DNA of 63,996 nucleotides, counting the filler, from Basidioascus undulatus (lineage: Eukaryota): assembly GCA_000826855.1 (NCBI GenBank). It is 4 parts of 4 records of this genome, joined end to end, with 100 filler letters (N's around TTAATTAATTAA, not from the genome) between each part and the next. Parts side by side here need not be neighbours in the genome. Positions count along the whole stretch, not along the records: positions 1 to 16,428 come from JTLS01000583.1; positions 16,529 to 32,951 come from JTLS01000584.1; 2 more parts are not named here. One strand, written 5' to 3'. Below the pieces are notes generated by a model. The model made no database searches and was not told where the DNA came from. It saw only the letters and a program-made list of their open reading frames with translations. Position 1 is the stretch's first letter, and every line of letters begins with the position of its first letter. The translations under genes were made by a program, and so were the position numbers. Below are positions 15,186 through 27,900 of the stretch, in pieces.

Positions 15186-15701
15186 ATGCGGCACACGATC
15201 GGGTCAACGACACATCACTATATCAAGATCCTCCTGTACTTTTTCCCCTTTCCCGTCGCTACGCCCTGTCACTTACAATCCCTCGCCTCGCAGGACTCCG
15301 CTCTCCCCGCACCCCGCCCCGCCCGACGAGCTTGCGCTCCGGCACATGCTCACCCGCACGCTCGACGAGATGCACGGCCTCGCGGGGGGAGCGATCTACC
15401 TCGATATCCTTGCGCTCCTCCCCGCCGATTCGTCGTCGTCCAAGAATGATAACGCGCGGGAAGCCGTTTTGAGGGTCGGGGCGGAGTGCGTTTCTCGCTT
15501 CTTGGGACGGCGGGGAACGGGGCTGATGTGTCGGCGGTGGGACAAAGACACGCGCAGATACTTCTGAGCGCGCTGGCTGGCGCTACGCCCTGCTCTATGA
15601 GTTTTGGGGACCAGAGCTACGCTGTTCGAACGCTTGGGAGCGCGGGCGTGCTGGCGGCGCTGGGGAGCGATGGTCGGGCGTGGGCGGCTGAGGAGGAGTA
15701 G
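15186..15701 (+). CDS. POP8: RNase P/MRP subunit Pop8-like
   Basis: Three exons give MRHTIGSTTHHYIKILL...DELALRHMLTRTLDEMHGLAGGAIYLDIL...AVLRVGAEHAQILLSAL...VRTLGSAGVLAAL, matching the fungal Pop8/Rpp14-fold pattern. Confidence 0.72.
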
Positions 15702-16428
15702 GGGTACAGGCATGGGTCGGTAACTTATAGCTGGTGAGTGTTGTCCTGCTGGAGTGCTCCTCGTTTGGCTGACGGCTCAGTCGTTCAGTATTGGATAACC
15801 GGACGGTGCACCACCCTCGTCTCTTCGCGCGAAGACGAGCAACGACCGTTCGCTCTTGCTGCCGTGCTGGCGTCGGGTCCGCTCTGGACGGCTCGGCGGG
15901 TATTCGTCGGACGAGGGGCTCGAGGGAGGAGGATGGATTAGCTGAGGGTGGACTACGAAAGCCTCCGGCAGGGGCGTCTGGCATCGTGGGCATACTCTTC
16001 CTCGCCCCGCTGCTGCACTTACTCGAACGAGACCACCATTACCTGTCGCCGCTGCCTGTGTTGTGGCACTGTCGTATCCACTCAACTGACCGTCTCATAC
16101 ACTTTCACTGTGGACCGATCGATTGCGTCCCGGCGTACGCCTGGCCGCCTCGCCGTCTCCAGCTCGCACTGACCGTTCCACCCATTGATCGATCTTATCG
16201 CCTACCCTCAGGCTTCGCCATTCCCATTCGACTCTTCCATAACAACCTCGACGCGACACAGACAGTTAAAACGTCTCATCCCGCAATGAATCCGCAACAC
16301 CATGAATCCTCACGCCCACCCCGTCGCATCCAGCGCACCTACCCCACGACAACAGCCCCTCCTTCTTCTCCCCTCCCTCCCCCCTCCTCGGCCCGAAACC
16401 CCCCTCCACCAACGCACTCATCAAGTCC

Positions 16429-16528
16429 NNNNNNNNNNNNNNNNNNNNNNNNNNNNNNNNNNNNNNNNNNNNTTAATTAATTAANNNNNNNNNNNNNNNN
16501 NNNNNNNNNNNNNNNNNNNNNNNNNNNN
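16429..16528. other. Artificial contig linker (44 N + TTAATTAATTAA + 44 N)
   Basis: Six-frame stop spacer flanked by Ns, exactly 100 nt. Confidence 0.98.
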
Positions 16529-19443
16529 GGGGGGGGGGGGCATCCGTCAGGGCATGGTCGAGAATCGATAGGAGGCGCAAAAGATCTTACCTGGAGGCAG
16601 AGCTCGTTCACCTGGGCATGGATGGCGTCCAGGTGCTGGCCATTGAAGAAGCCGTCTAGCGGATTGGAAGAGCAGACTACGTCAGATTCACCGCTGTGGG
16701 AAGGGCCTTGGGAAAGGAACGCACATTGCAAGTGGATGCCCGCGCTCTCCTCGATCTGCCAGAGGCCGTAGAGCCTGCAGCAGAGCTCGAGCACATCGCG
16801 GACCGGGCCCTTCTCGCTCTCCAGAGCGTTACGGAATGTGCGGTAGATGTAACTGCACGAAACAGCAGGCGTCAGTCCAACAACTTCAAAGATGTTAGAC
16901 ATGATGGAATGTTCCTTACCCAGTCGTGTGCGTCTTGGCAGCAACGAAGCGCGACTGCGAGCAGAGCTCAAACGCCTCCTCCTTGCCCTTCCCGGACTTG
17001 AGGTGCGCCTGGAAGTCCTTCGCCGCCTTCTCGACCGTGTTGGCCGCGACGCACGCCCACGCGTCGTCGATGACCGCGAGGTTGCGGACGCTCTCGACCG
17101 AGGACGGAGCCTTCGCAGTGAGGATACCCTTCCGCGCGAGGTACGCGACGCCGTCGGCGAGATGCTTGCCCTTGACAGCGTCTGAATGCGGTAGGGGGCA
17201 AGTGTCAGACAGCGCTGACGTTTTGTGCCTAGCGGAAAGGGGAGCTTACCGAAGTAACGAGCAATCAGAGCACGTCCGCTTTGCAAGGAAAGGATCCTGC
17301 GAATGAAGACAGAGTCAGCATCATGCGGTGCGTCAGATCAGGTAGGAAGGCAAACGCACGTGTTGTCGCCCTCCCAAGTGCAGTGCACAGCGTGGTCGGC
17401 GAGCATGCTCGGGAAGCCCGAGTACGAGCTAAAGCCGTGACCGCCGAGCGTCTGGCGAGCTTTCTCGATCGTGTCGAGGGTGGCCCAGGTCGAGAACGCT
17501 TTAAGACCGGCGGACGTCGCGTGCGTCTCCTTGAGCTTCTCGAGCACGGCGGGCAGCTCGCTGTCGCCCGGCTGGAGCGTCTCGAGCGACTCGCTCAGGC
17601 TCTCGTACATCGACGACATCGTCTTGGCCGTGAACGAGAGCGCGACGGCTTGGGAGAGGAGGGGCATGAGGCGGCGCTGGTGGATGGGGTCTATGCGGGG
17701 TTGTGATCAGCTGAAATTCGCATGCCAACTGGAGATAGACAAGTGGAGACGCACAGTCGAGCAGCTGAGTCTCGAGCGGGTTATCGCCCGTCTTAAACTG
17801 GCGGCGGATAACGCCGTAGCGCACAGCGATCGTGAGCGCCTTCTGCGCCGTCGCGGCGGAGTCGGCGACCATGGCCGTACGGCCTGAGAGGAGCGCGCCG
17901 TAGGCGAGCTGGGCAAGCGGCGGCTCGAAGACCTTGCCCTCGCGGGTGACTTGGCAATGCTTCATGAGGAGGTGCGCGCGCGGGACGCGGACGTGAGTGA
18001 ACTGCAGTGAACAGGAAGGCTGTCAGTACCGAACATGCGATGCGGAGTTAGAGGGCTTTTCGTGCCTGGATGTAGCCGTTGTCAATGCCATCGCGACCCA
18101 TCTTCTTGCCGAGGTCGCCAATGTTGATGCCAGGCATCAACTCGAAAGTCCTGCAGAACAGCCGTCAGCCCTCAGGCAAAGAGCCTTTAGGGGTACGAAG
18201 CTATATGCACTTCGTGTCTCGCAGCTGCACGACGATGATCTTGACGCCGTAGCACTTGCCCTTGACGATCATCTGCGCGAACACAGCACAGTGCGTCGCG
18301 GTCTGCGCAGCGCCGCCAATCCACCACTGCGAGCCCAAGCAGTTCAGCGAAACCGACAGATCCAGATTTCGCCCAAAGAATCCCTCACCTTGGTAGCGCC
18401 GAGCGAAGGGGTGTGCACCACGAATTCGTCCGTGTCCTCGTCGAAGGTCATGGTGGTCTCGAGCCCGGCGACGTTGCTGCCGTGCTTGAGCTCAGCTGCA
18501 CAGGGGGTTGAGTGTTCAGTTTACAGCGCAGGTTTGTATAGCGTGTCGGAATTGCGCACTCATGCCGAAGCATCCGATGACGCCGTTCAGGCCCAGCACG
18601 CCCTTGTCCATCCAGTACTGGAACTGGTTGGGCGTCGCCGCTGACCGGAGCGCGCCAAGGAAGAGGCCGTCTGCGAGTTGGAAAGCCGGATGTCAGCGAG
18701 AATGCACCTTTCTAATATGGGCAGATTCGGTTTACAGTGTACACCAAAGCGCGTCCAGAAGGCAGGGTCAGCGGTGCCACTGGAACGAAGGATTCAGCAT
18801 CCCACGCAACATGAGAGAACAGAGACAACCTACATGAGCTGCATGCGGAGAGTAAAGGTGGCGAGCGACTCGGAGGTCACGTAGTGTACGAGGTTGTGCT
18901 GTAGAGTTTCTCTTCAGTCGCAGTTTCGTCCTCAGTACGTGGCGGCTAGGCCAACTCACGAACTTCTCCATACTGTGGACGACCTCGTTAGCACAATGAA
19001 CCCTACCAGCCCAAGAGTACAAGTGCACTACTCACGTCCGTTCCCGAATCTGGTCCTTCGTCAAGTCATGGATGTCTTCGAGCCGGAAGGCAGGGTCGCG
19101 GCTGATCTCCTCCTGTTCGCGCGGCGCCGCTTCAGCAGCGTGTCCGGCGTCTCGACACAGACAAAGAAGATAGACGAACCATGAATTTCTCCTTCAGCTT
19201 CAGAGCATGCTCCGAGCCGTGCAGCGAGACGGAAAGCTGCGCGTCCAGCACCTCCAGCATCCTTCCCTACGTTCCCACAACAAATGATCGTGAACGCACC
19301 TCGCGGACATTGAAAGGAGGGTTTAAGCGCTCCTGTAATCTCTCAAGCATCAGCCTCATGTGTGGCCCACGTGGGAAATTGAGAGCCTCTCGACCGACCT
19401 TGGCGAGCGTCTCCATCGGAGAAGGTGCTTGGGCAGGAGCCAT
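16529..19443 (-). CDS. POX1: Peroxisomal acyl-CoA oxidase (3' end cut by contig end)
   Basis: [72 protein letters not shown] (catalytic Glu). The last intron runs into the gap. Confidence 0.93.
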
Positions 19444-20206
19444 TATTGGGGATCTAGCGCGATTACCGGTTCAAGCGAGTGGCGGAGTGATGGTCGATTT
19501 CGATGCTGGAAAGAGGGGAGATGATGGCTGTTGAGGTGGAAGAAGGGCAAGGGCTGTGAAGGCAAAAGGCTGTGATGCGTCCGAAGGGGAGCCGGTTGAT
19601 CGTGGCCGTTGGGCAGCATGAACGCATCCCATGTGAATGTCGACGCCCGGAAGCCGGCCCCACTTCGCCGAGCGTTTCAAGGGCATGTTTTTGGATGAAC
19701 TATGTTTTCAGGTTTCGGCTGCGTTTCGCGAACTCCGGGTTTCGCTGTGGGTATCGCGGTGACTTGCACGTTTCGCCACCAGATCCAAACAGATCGCTTC
19801 ATTCTTTGGTGCTGGGACCATTCCCATGTGTTTGCCACAGACCATATTCTTGATGAGAGCACCCAGGTACCCTGCAGCCTGCGTGTCACGATCTTCGCTG
19901 CCGCGTCTTCTTGTTCCTGCTCATCGTGCCTGGCAACTCAAGCGTTGGGTGCCACACTAATAGTGATAAGCATAGCTTTTATATCAATCTTGTTGATATT
20001 CCATGGAGAGATGCTGCAGAGCCAAGATAAGCGTTGTTGTCGCAAGTTGACGGAGGTTGAAGACGCCGCGTGGACCGCACGGCCTCTGTTTGGCGCTCAC
20101 GTCGATCGAGTCACCCTGCTCACCGCCTTTCTCCCGACTCTTCACACTCCCACTTCGGACACAAACGCTCACAACCACTGCGTCTGAGCGTTCCCAAATA
20201 CCCAGA

Positions 20207-23200
20207 AGTGAGTATTATTCATCAGTTGCTATTATATTCTGGATGCGCGGTAGACTGCATCCGAAGACGGTGGAGCTCGAGGCGGAGCTCGTGAGAGCCA
20301 GCCGAGATGACTGCTCGCTCGACCTTTATGCGCTCTCGACTGCCTCCGGCAACGCTACCAGCCGAGCTATATTCCTAGTAAAGCAATACTGATGTTCTCC
20401 AAACTCGAGCAGTGCCGCCCAAAGTCGACGAGTCGTTGGTCGCGCTCTTCTCTTCCCTCGGCCTCACCTCCGCAAAGTCCGCCGAGCTCGCCCGGTCGCC
20501 CAAGCAGGCTGCTGCGCTCAAGGACCTGATCACGGCGCAGGGCCTCGAGGGCGCGAAGCTCGACGAGCGCACGGCGAACCTCCTCGCTGCAGCGGCGGTG
20601 GACAAGGCTTGGCCGGCTCTGGGGGTGGATGAGAAGGCATACCTGGTCGGAAGGGTCAAGGAGGGGGACTTGAAGGAGGGCGCTCAGGTCGCTGGTGAGT
20701 CTCTGGATAGGGATGCTCTAGGAACGGGGAAGATAGGTTACTGAACCTGTGCCGCAGCTGGAATCAAGTACCTCGCGACTCATCCCGCTCCCGTGGACAA
20801 GGGCGAGTTCGACCACGAGACTGGCGTCGGTGCGTCCTGCAATGGCTCCTCTTGCCTTGGTCTCGCTTCCTCTAACAGCGCAGTTCAGGCATCGTCGTCC
20901 CCATCACCCTTATTGTCTCCCACATCGAATCTTCCCTGCCCCCGACCCTTTCCTCCCTCCCGAACCCCTGGTCCGGCGCCGGCCCGCTGCTCAAGACGCT
21001 GAAGGACATCCCCGAGCTGCGGTGGGCGAACCCTGCGGACGTCAAGAACGAAGTCGAGCGGATCTTTGGCGAGCGCTTCGGCTCTCGGGAAGAATGCCTG
21101 AAGCGGGCGAAGGAGGCTGCGAAGAGTGCGCCGAAGGTGCGCCTCTCCTCGCAGTTGAGCGGGTCGCTTTGCGGGGTTCTGGGCTGACGGAAGTGGCCGC
21201 TGGACAGGAGCCGAAGAAGACGGTGGCTGTGAAGGAGGACAAGAAGCCGGCGGTCGTGGAGGCGCCCGCGGAGAACATGTTCGAGGTGGGCTTCTTGGGC
21301 CAGCTGCACAAGCCGGGCGGCAACCCGCAGATCAAGCTCGAGCTCCGCGACGCCCACCTCAAGGCGACGGGCGGGAAGGTCATCACGCGGTTCCCTCCTG
21401 AGCCCAGTGCGCCTTCCGTGTATCACCCAACAGCGCAGCGACTGACTCAAGTTTGTTCTCTACAGACGGCTTCTTGCGTTCGTCTCTGCCACCACTGAGC
21501 TGTCGCGAACCGATACTGAGCTACTTTCTCTTTGTAGATATCGGCCACTCGAAAGCCATCGCAGTCAACTTCGGCTACGCCGCTCACCACAACGGTCACA
21601 CCTACCTGCGCTACGACGACACGAACCCCGAGGCGGAGGAGCAGGTCTACTTCGAGTCGATCCTTGAGATGGTCCGCTGGCTCGGGTTCGAGCCGTGGAA
21701 GATCACCTACTCGAGCGACTACTTCCGGAAGCTCTATGAGCTCGCCGTCGAGCTCATCAAGCGCGGAAAGGCATACGTCGACCACTCTACCGGTAAGTCG
21801 TACCGTCCCCCTTCTCGCGCGTTGGTCGCGTACTGAACTTTGTCTGGGGTTTCAGCGGAGGAGATGAAGATCCAGCGTGGAGGCGAGGAGCGCGGCCCGC
21901 GGACGGCGTCGAGGTGGCGCGACCGGCCGGTCGAGGAGAGCCTTGCGCTGTTCGAGGACATGCGGGAGGGTAAGTTCCAGCCGGGCGAGGCGACGCTCCG
22001 TATGAAGCAGGACCTCGAGGACGGCAACCCGCAGATGTGGGACCTCGTCGCGTACCGCGTCCTGAACGCGCCTCATCACCGCACCGGCGCCGACTGGAAG
22101 ATCTACCCGACGTACGACTTCACGCACTGCCTCGTCGATAGCTTCGAGAACATCTCGTGAGTCTTCCCGCTTCCTGTCCAGTCGCCGATGCTGCGGGTCG
22201 TGCTGAAAGCTTTTTCTACGCAGCCATTCGCTCTGCACGACCGAGTTCATCCTCTCTCGCGTTTCGTACGACTGGCTGTGCGACGCTCTCGAAGTCTACA
22301 AGCCCCGCCAGTCCGAGTACGGGCGCCTCAACCTCCAAGGCACGGTCATGTCGAAGCGCAAGATCCTCAAGCTCGTCAAGGAGGGCCACGTTCGCGGCTG
22401 GGACGACCCGCGGCTGTACACGCTAATCGCGCTCCGCCGGCGCGGCGTCCCGCCGAGCGCCATCCTCTCCTTCGTCAACGCCCTCGGCGTCTCCACCGCG
22501 CTCTCCAACATCCCCGTCGCCCGCTTCGAGCAGTCCGTGCGCGCCGACCTCGAGTCGAGCGTGCCCCGCCTCGCGTTCATCCTCCGCCCGCTCAAGCTCA
22601 CGCTCGAGAACGTCGACGACGACTACTTCGTCGAGGTCGAGAAGCCGCTCCACCCCAAGGTCCCGTCCATGGGCACGGCGAAGGTCCCCTTCACCAAGAC
22701 CGTCTACATCGACCGCTCCGACTTCCGCACCGAAGACTCGAAGGACTACTTCCGCCTCGCGCCGGGCAAGACCGTCGGCCTCCTCTCCGCGCCGTACCCG
22801 GTCACCTGCACGTCCTTCAAGACCGACCCCGCCACGGGCGAGGTGACCGAGCTCTTCGCGCGCCTCGAGATTCCGCCGACGCCCGAGACGCCGATCAAGA
22901 AGCCCAAGGCGTTCATCCAGTGGGTAGCGGAGCACAAGCCGTCCCGCAGCCCCGTCGTCGTCGACGAGACGCGCATCTTCCACCAGCTCTTCAAGTCCGA
23001 CAACCCCGCCGCCGCAGACGACTTCATCGCGGACATCGACCCGAACTCGGAGGAGATCGTCCGCGGCGCGCTCGTCGAGGTCTCGTTCTGGGCGCTCGCG
23101 CGTAAGCTCCTGGACGCTGCGCGCGTCAACGCGCGCGAGCGCACGAAGAGCGCGATCGAGGGCGGCGTCGCGCTCGACGACGCGCCCGTGTCGGCGGAGG

Positions 23201-23421
23201 AGCGCCGCGCGCCCACGCCCAAGCTGACGGCCGAGCAGCTCGTCGGGCCCGAGTGCATCCGCTTCCAGGGCCTGCGCGTAGCGTACTTTGCCGTCGACAA
23301 GGACTCGCGCCTCGCGAGCACCGACGAGGGCGACGCGGGCGAGCCCGGCTGGAGGGAGGGCGACAGGCTCGTCCTCAACCGCATCGTGTCTCTCAAGGAG
23401 GACTCGGCCAAGAATGCTTGA
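20207..23421 (+). CDS. GLN4: Glutaminyl-tRNA synthetase
   Basis: [74 protein letters not shown] is formed by A(20207)|intron|TG(20413). Confidence 0.96.
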
Positions 23422-24936
23422 AGCGCTGAGGTTGAATTTTGCTGGGTTGATGTGGCTTCCATGCATGTTCGGTACCTCTCCTCCGGTGAATCCTCCTGCT
23501 TCGAACTGTGCCTGCTTGCCCAACTGTACCTGCTTGCTTCTTTCGTTGCCTCGTTTGATGATCGCTATTCCCCCATTCCGCAATGGGTCCGGCTGCAGTG
23601 TGCATCTCAGGAGTCAACGCTGCCAAGCCAGGTACGCGATAACACCGGCGGACGGTGCGGAATCACCGAGCCGTGCCTGCCGGACTGCCGCATGCTGCCG
23701 CCCAGGCACAACTGAACGGTGCTCTCACGAAGAGTTGCAGCCTCAAAGTCACAAGTAGTGATAAGTCGCAAGTCGCCGCTCTGGGTCTGCAGAACCATAC
23801 GCAATTTTTGCAGAGCTACGGCCCAGCGTCCTCCCCCCGGCGCCTACATTCAGTGATGCTCCTGATCAATCCTGTAACGTGCATTCCAGTGCACTGCCAG
23901 CAACCGCAAGCAACGCCGGATGAACTTCCGGGTCCAACGTTGAAGCCCCACGTGTGAAGCGGCGCACCTCCGCATCTGAACCGTTTCGCCGCCGTGCAGG
24001 GTGCCTTAGAGGTAAGTTAGCATTTGTGCCCACGTTACGCACGCGGGAGCACCCACTCTTCAATGAGCTTGCTCAGACTGCGGTAAGCCCCCGTCGGAGC
24101 AACGGGAAAAAGTTAACGGACTCGAGGCCAAAGCCAAGTTCTGGTGCAGAAGACCATGGTACCGCCCCTTCGATAATATGAATCCCATATGCGGATTATG
24201 TCCAGCGTCGCACCAAGAAGAAGACGAGCACGAGTAACGCAAATCAGGAGAGCGAAAGAGTCCTCAAAGAAGATACACAAGAACTTGAAGCACGCCACCG
24301 CCACCGCGTTTGCCAATGTGCGGCGCTTCAAACGATAATGGGCAAGTCGGCGTTGGCGGCCGCATCAACTTCCTTCACGATAAGAGCCATCACTGATTGT
24401 ACCTCACAAAAACTGGGTGTCTGATAATAAAATCTTGCATGCGCATGCAGCACTTCCCCTGATCGTTGGATGTCTCATTGTTGTATGCATACAAATTGAC
24501 CTATTTGCCGGAGGTCACGTTACCGTCGACACCACGCAGGGAGCTTTCGACGCTCACCCCCATAGATGCTTGTCTCGCGTGCCCGCCGAACGGCCGCTCA
24601 ACTTTACTCCGCCCCCTCCCTTCTGCACCACGACATTTACAAACCCAGACCTTTCAGTCGCGCCAACACTCTGATTGACACACTCGTTTCATTCCTTCGT
24701 GCTCAGCACCGTCTCATTGCACGCGACCATCCGCCGCCTTGCTTTTAGGCTAGGCACCGACCGCCTCTTTCCTCACCGGCCACCCACTCTCGTTTCTTTC
24801 TACACCGACCCTCACAATCAGTTTACATACTTATCTGCTCCCTCCCTCCCACTTCTGCGTGTCCGTCTCGACTCTTCTTCTCATCTAGAGCGCCGACGCG
24901 ACCGCCGCCTGCCGTATCACGAGGCTGCCGACAGCC

Positions 24937-27900
24937 ATGTCAGCGCTGGAGCAGATTGATTGGCATGGTGAGTACATTCGCTTAGGTTGTGGCTGGTGGA
25001 GTGCCGTAGAGGATGTGAGGGCTTATTTTGGAACGCTGAATGTTTGGTGGCACATAGACGAAGCGGCGCTGGCGAGGTACTACCAAACACACCCCCTTCC
25101 GCAAAGGCTCAATGCGGGCATCATCGGTAAGGGCCTTTCTGAAGCAAGACAATTGGTGGGCGCGAACTGAATCTCCAACCTGAAAAAGTTGCCTCCTGCT
25201 GCGTGTCTGTTCTGGGATCATACTGTACTCTTCTGCTGCTGAGTCGACGTACAAGCAACAACGGTTGGAGGAACATGGGCTGGCTCGGAACGGCCGCTTT
25301 GACGATGAGCTCAGTTGCAATCTGGGGGATGCATTGTGAGTACTCAGAACCTCAATTTGAATTGCTGTTACGACGCTCACACCGGAAGCGGGCGGGCAGT
25401 CGGTGAGTCTTGGCACAAAACCTTTCGGTGCCGAGGCACTCACAGTTTGCGATTATCTGTACTCTCATCGCAGTCGGTATGAGATTTCCTTTGGCTTTTT
25501 GCTTCACATCCCCTGATGCATAATCTCATTCAGGATCCCGTGTTCGTCTGGCCGCCAGTCCGGAGGTGTCCTGGTACATTCGCTACAACCCGTATGTCGT
25601 TCGCTTGCGCTCTTGCATGCCTTACTGGATGGACGCTGATATTCGCTTCTACAGTGGGTTTACTGTCATGAGCCTTTTCGTGCCTATGGTGACTGTGGCT
25701 GTTGCCTTTGTATTCCTCGGATCCCAATCCCAATTCGTGATCTGGCGTGTCCTGGTGAGTTTCACCTCTTCGCAGCAGATTTCGAAGCTAATGTAATCTC
25801 ACTTCTTCAGAGTGTGGGTATTGTCTGTGGTGGTGTTATCAGTCTGATGCACTTCAGGTTGGCTCTATAGTTGTATCCTGTTTCGTGCTTCATCACCGCT
25901 CACGGAGGTCTACAGTGCCTCGTTTTCCCTTCCCTCTTTCCGGGTTACGTACTCGACCATACACGTCGTATTTTCGATTGTCTTGGCTTGCACCGCCGCT
26001 GCAATCGCCATGACCGTCTTTTTCCGATTCCGCGCGCACTGGGTAAGTGGAACTGAAACGGGTCAAGCAAGGAATTGGTTGCTAACACACAGATTGAGAA
26101 CAGGAGGAAAATTTCGTCAGCCGCTTGCTCTGCGCTGTGCTCCTAGCGGGCGCTGTTACGTCGGTTAGAACTTGACACCTTTTGCTCCCATGAGAATCGA
26201 ACTGAACAATTCCTTCTGAAGATGCACTACCTCGCACAAGCTGGAACGTCATATTACGTGCGCGACGGAATCAGCAGCGGAATCGGGCTGGGCGACCAAG
26301 CTAGCAATCGCATTCTCATCGGTGCGTGGCCGCTTACTGTGCACCCCGAATTATGTACTGCAGCTGAAGTTTTGCATTTTTTTTCCAGCTATCGGCGTGA
26401 TGTGCGGGGCTCTTTGTTTCCTGGCCCTTTCACTATCCGTCTACGACTCTGCCCGCACGCACGAGTCCCGCAAGAAAGCTCGGCAGGTGGTGCTGGCCAG
26501 CGCGTGCTTCGACAAGACTGGTGCTCTCCTGTGCGTTGATACATACCGATGCTGCCCAGGTATTCCTAATCGTACACCGAGAGTGCAGAGTCATGCAAGA
26601 CGGCACGCTGCCGATGCAGACTATCGACGTCAGTCTCGAGGTTACCGAGATCCTCGACGAGCTTTCACCGAGAAAGGCAACCTTCCAATGGTACGTTCAA
26701 GCACGGGAACAGCCTCCTTTAGCTCCGCTTACTGAATGTATTATGTTGTTTCCAAGGATCCACGGCGTCTCCCGCGAGTGGGCTCTGGTCGGACCATTCC
26801 TCGACCGCATCTTGGTCGCGATGCGGAAGCGGCCGCAGCTCTCGGAGGGCGACAAGAAGGCATGTGCATCGCTTCGTAACAATAATGATTCTACGTAACA
26901 TTCATGCTGACCCTCAAGTTGTGTAGACGTCTGCTCGGGCGGATCGTGCAGTCAGGCAGCAAGAACGGTCTATGCTCAAGATTCGCATTCTCGAGTCTGC
27001 CGTTCTCCTTGCCACCGAGCTCAACATCCCCCTTTCGCAACTCGGCGTCGTCTACAGTAGCCTCCTTACGACTGGTCAGCAGCCGACGCCGCTGCCGGCC
27101 AATGATCCGCCTGTCCGAGGCGACGAAGAGTCTTCAATGCGTCACATTCAGCTTGGTCCGCGTTCGGAAGGTATGGTTTGGAAACAAACAGCACTTTGGC
27201 CTATACTCATGAGACTTCTACCAGGTGTCATGATATTCGTCGTCTCGCAGTCGCAGGAGCTGCACTCCTCTACCATCGGGAAGCGGTCTAACCGAGGGTA
27301 TCGCTTCTCCGAGCCCAAGGTCTTCGCAAACGTCTTTGCAGACCGGGTCGGAGTCTCTTCGATTGAGGTATTCATTTTTCGTTACTATCTTTAGTATCTC
27401 CTCTGACGCTTGTTCGGCTTCAAGATCCAACGACTTCTGGAGGGCATGTCCGTCTTCTCCCGACGCGGTAAGTCTTATGCTGTCCAGTTTGACAGCCTTC
27501 CGTCTGTTTCTTACCAGTCAGTGAAGGCATCCGTCCCGTCGTACAGCCGTCTGGGTGCTACGTCGGCCTGTTCGGCGTACGAGCCAGCGGCAGCCGCCAC
27601 GGCGGGCTCGAGTGTCTGACCTACGCGTTCGCCAAGCACCAGGTCCGTTTTCCATTGCTCGAGCTGCCCGCAAAGTCTCACAAATTCATACAACATTACC
27701 AGATCCCCGCCTACCGCATACCGGAAACCGACCATTTCCCGCTGGAATATCGCGCGTGGATCGCCCGCATCGCCGGCGCCAGCATGCGCGATGTCATGGT
27801 CGAATGCGCGCGGCATTCTGGGCATGAAACCTCTGGTCCGGCGCAGAACTTTGCGGAGTTCCGGTCCTGCCTTCTCGTCGCGTTGGACGCGCTGGAGGCC

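Noticed and set aside
16473..16484. TTAATTAATTAA repeated three times at ~16.5 kb spacing as a biological repeat or TTAA transposon site
   Set aside because: Embedded symmetrically in Ns; a standard six-frame stop linker.
22423..23583. 386-aa and 238-aa antisense ORFs over the GlnRS last exon
   Set aside because: Shadow frames caused by strong GC3 codon bias of the sense gene; no motifs.
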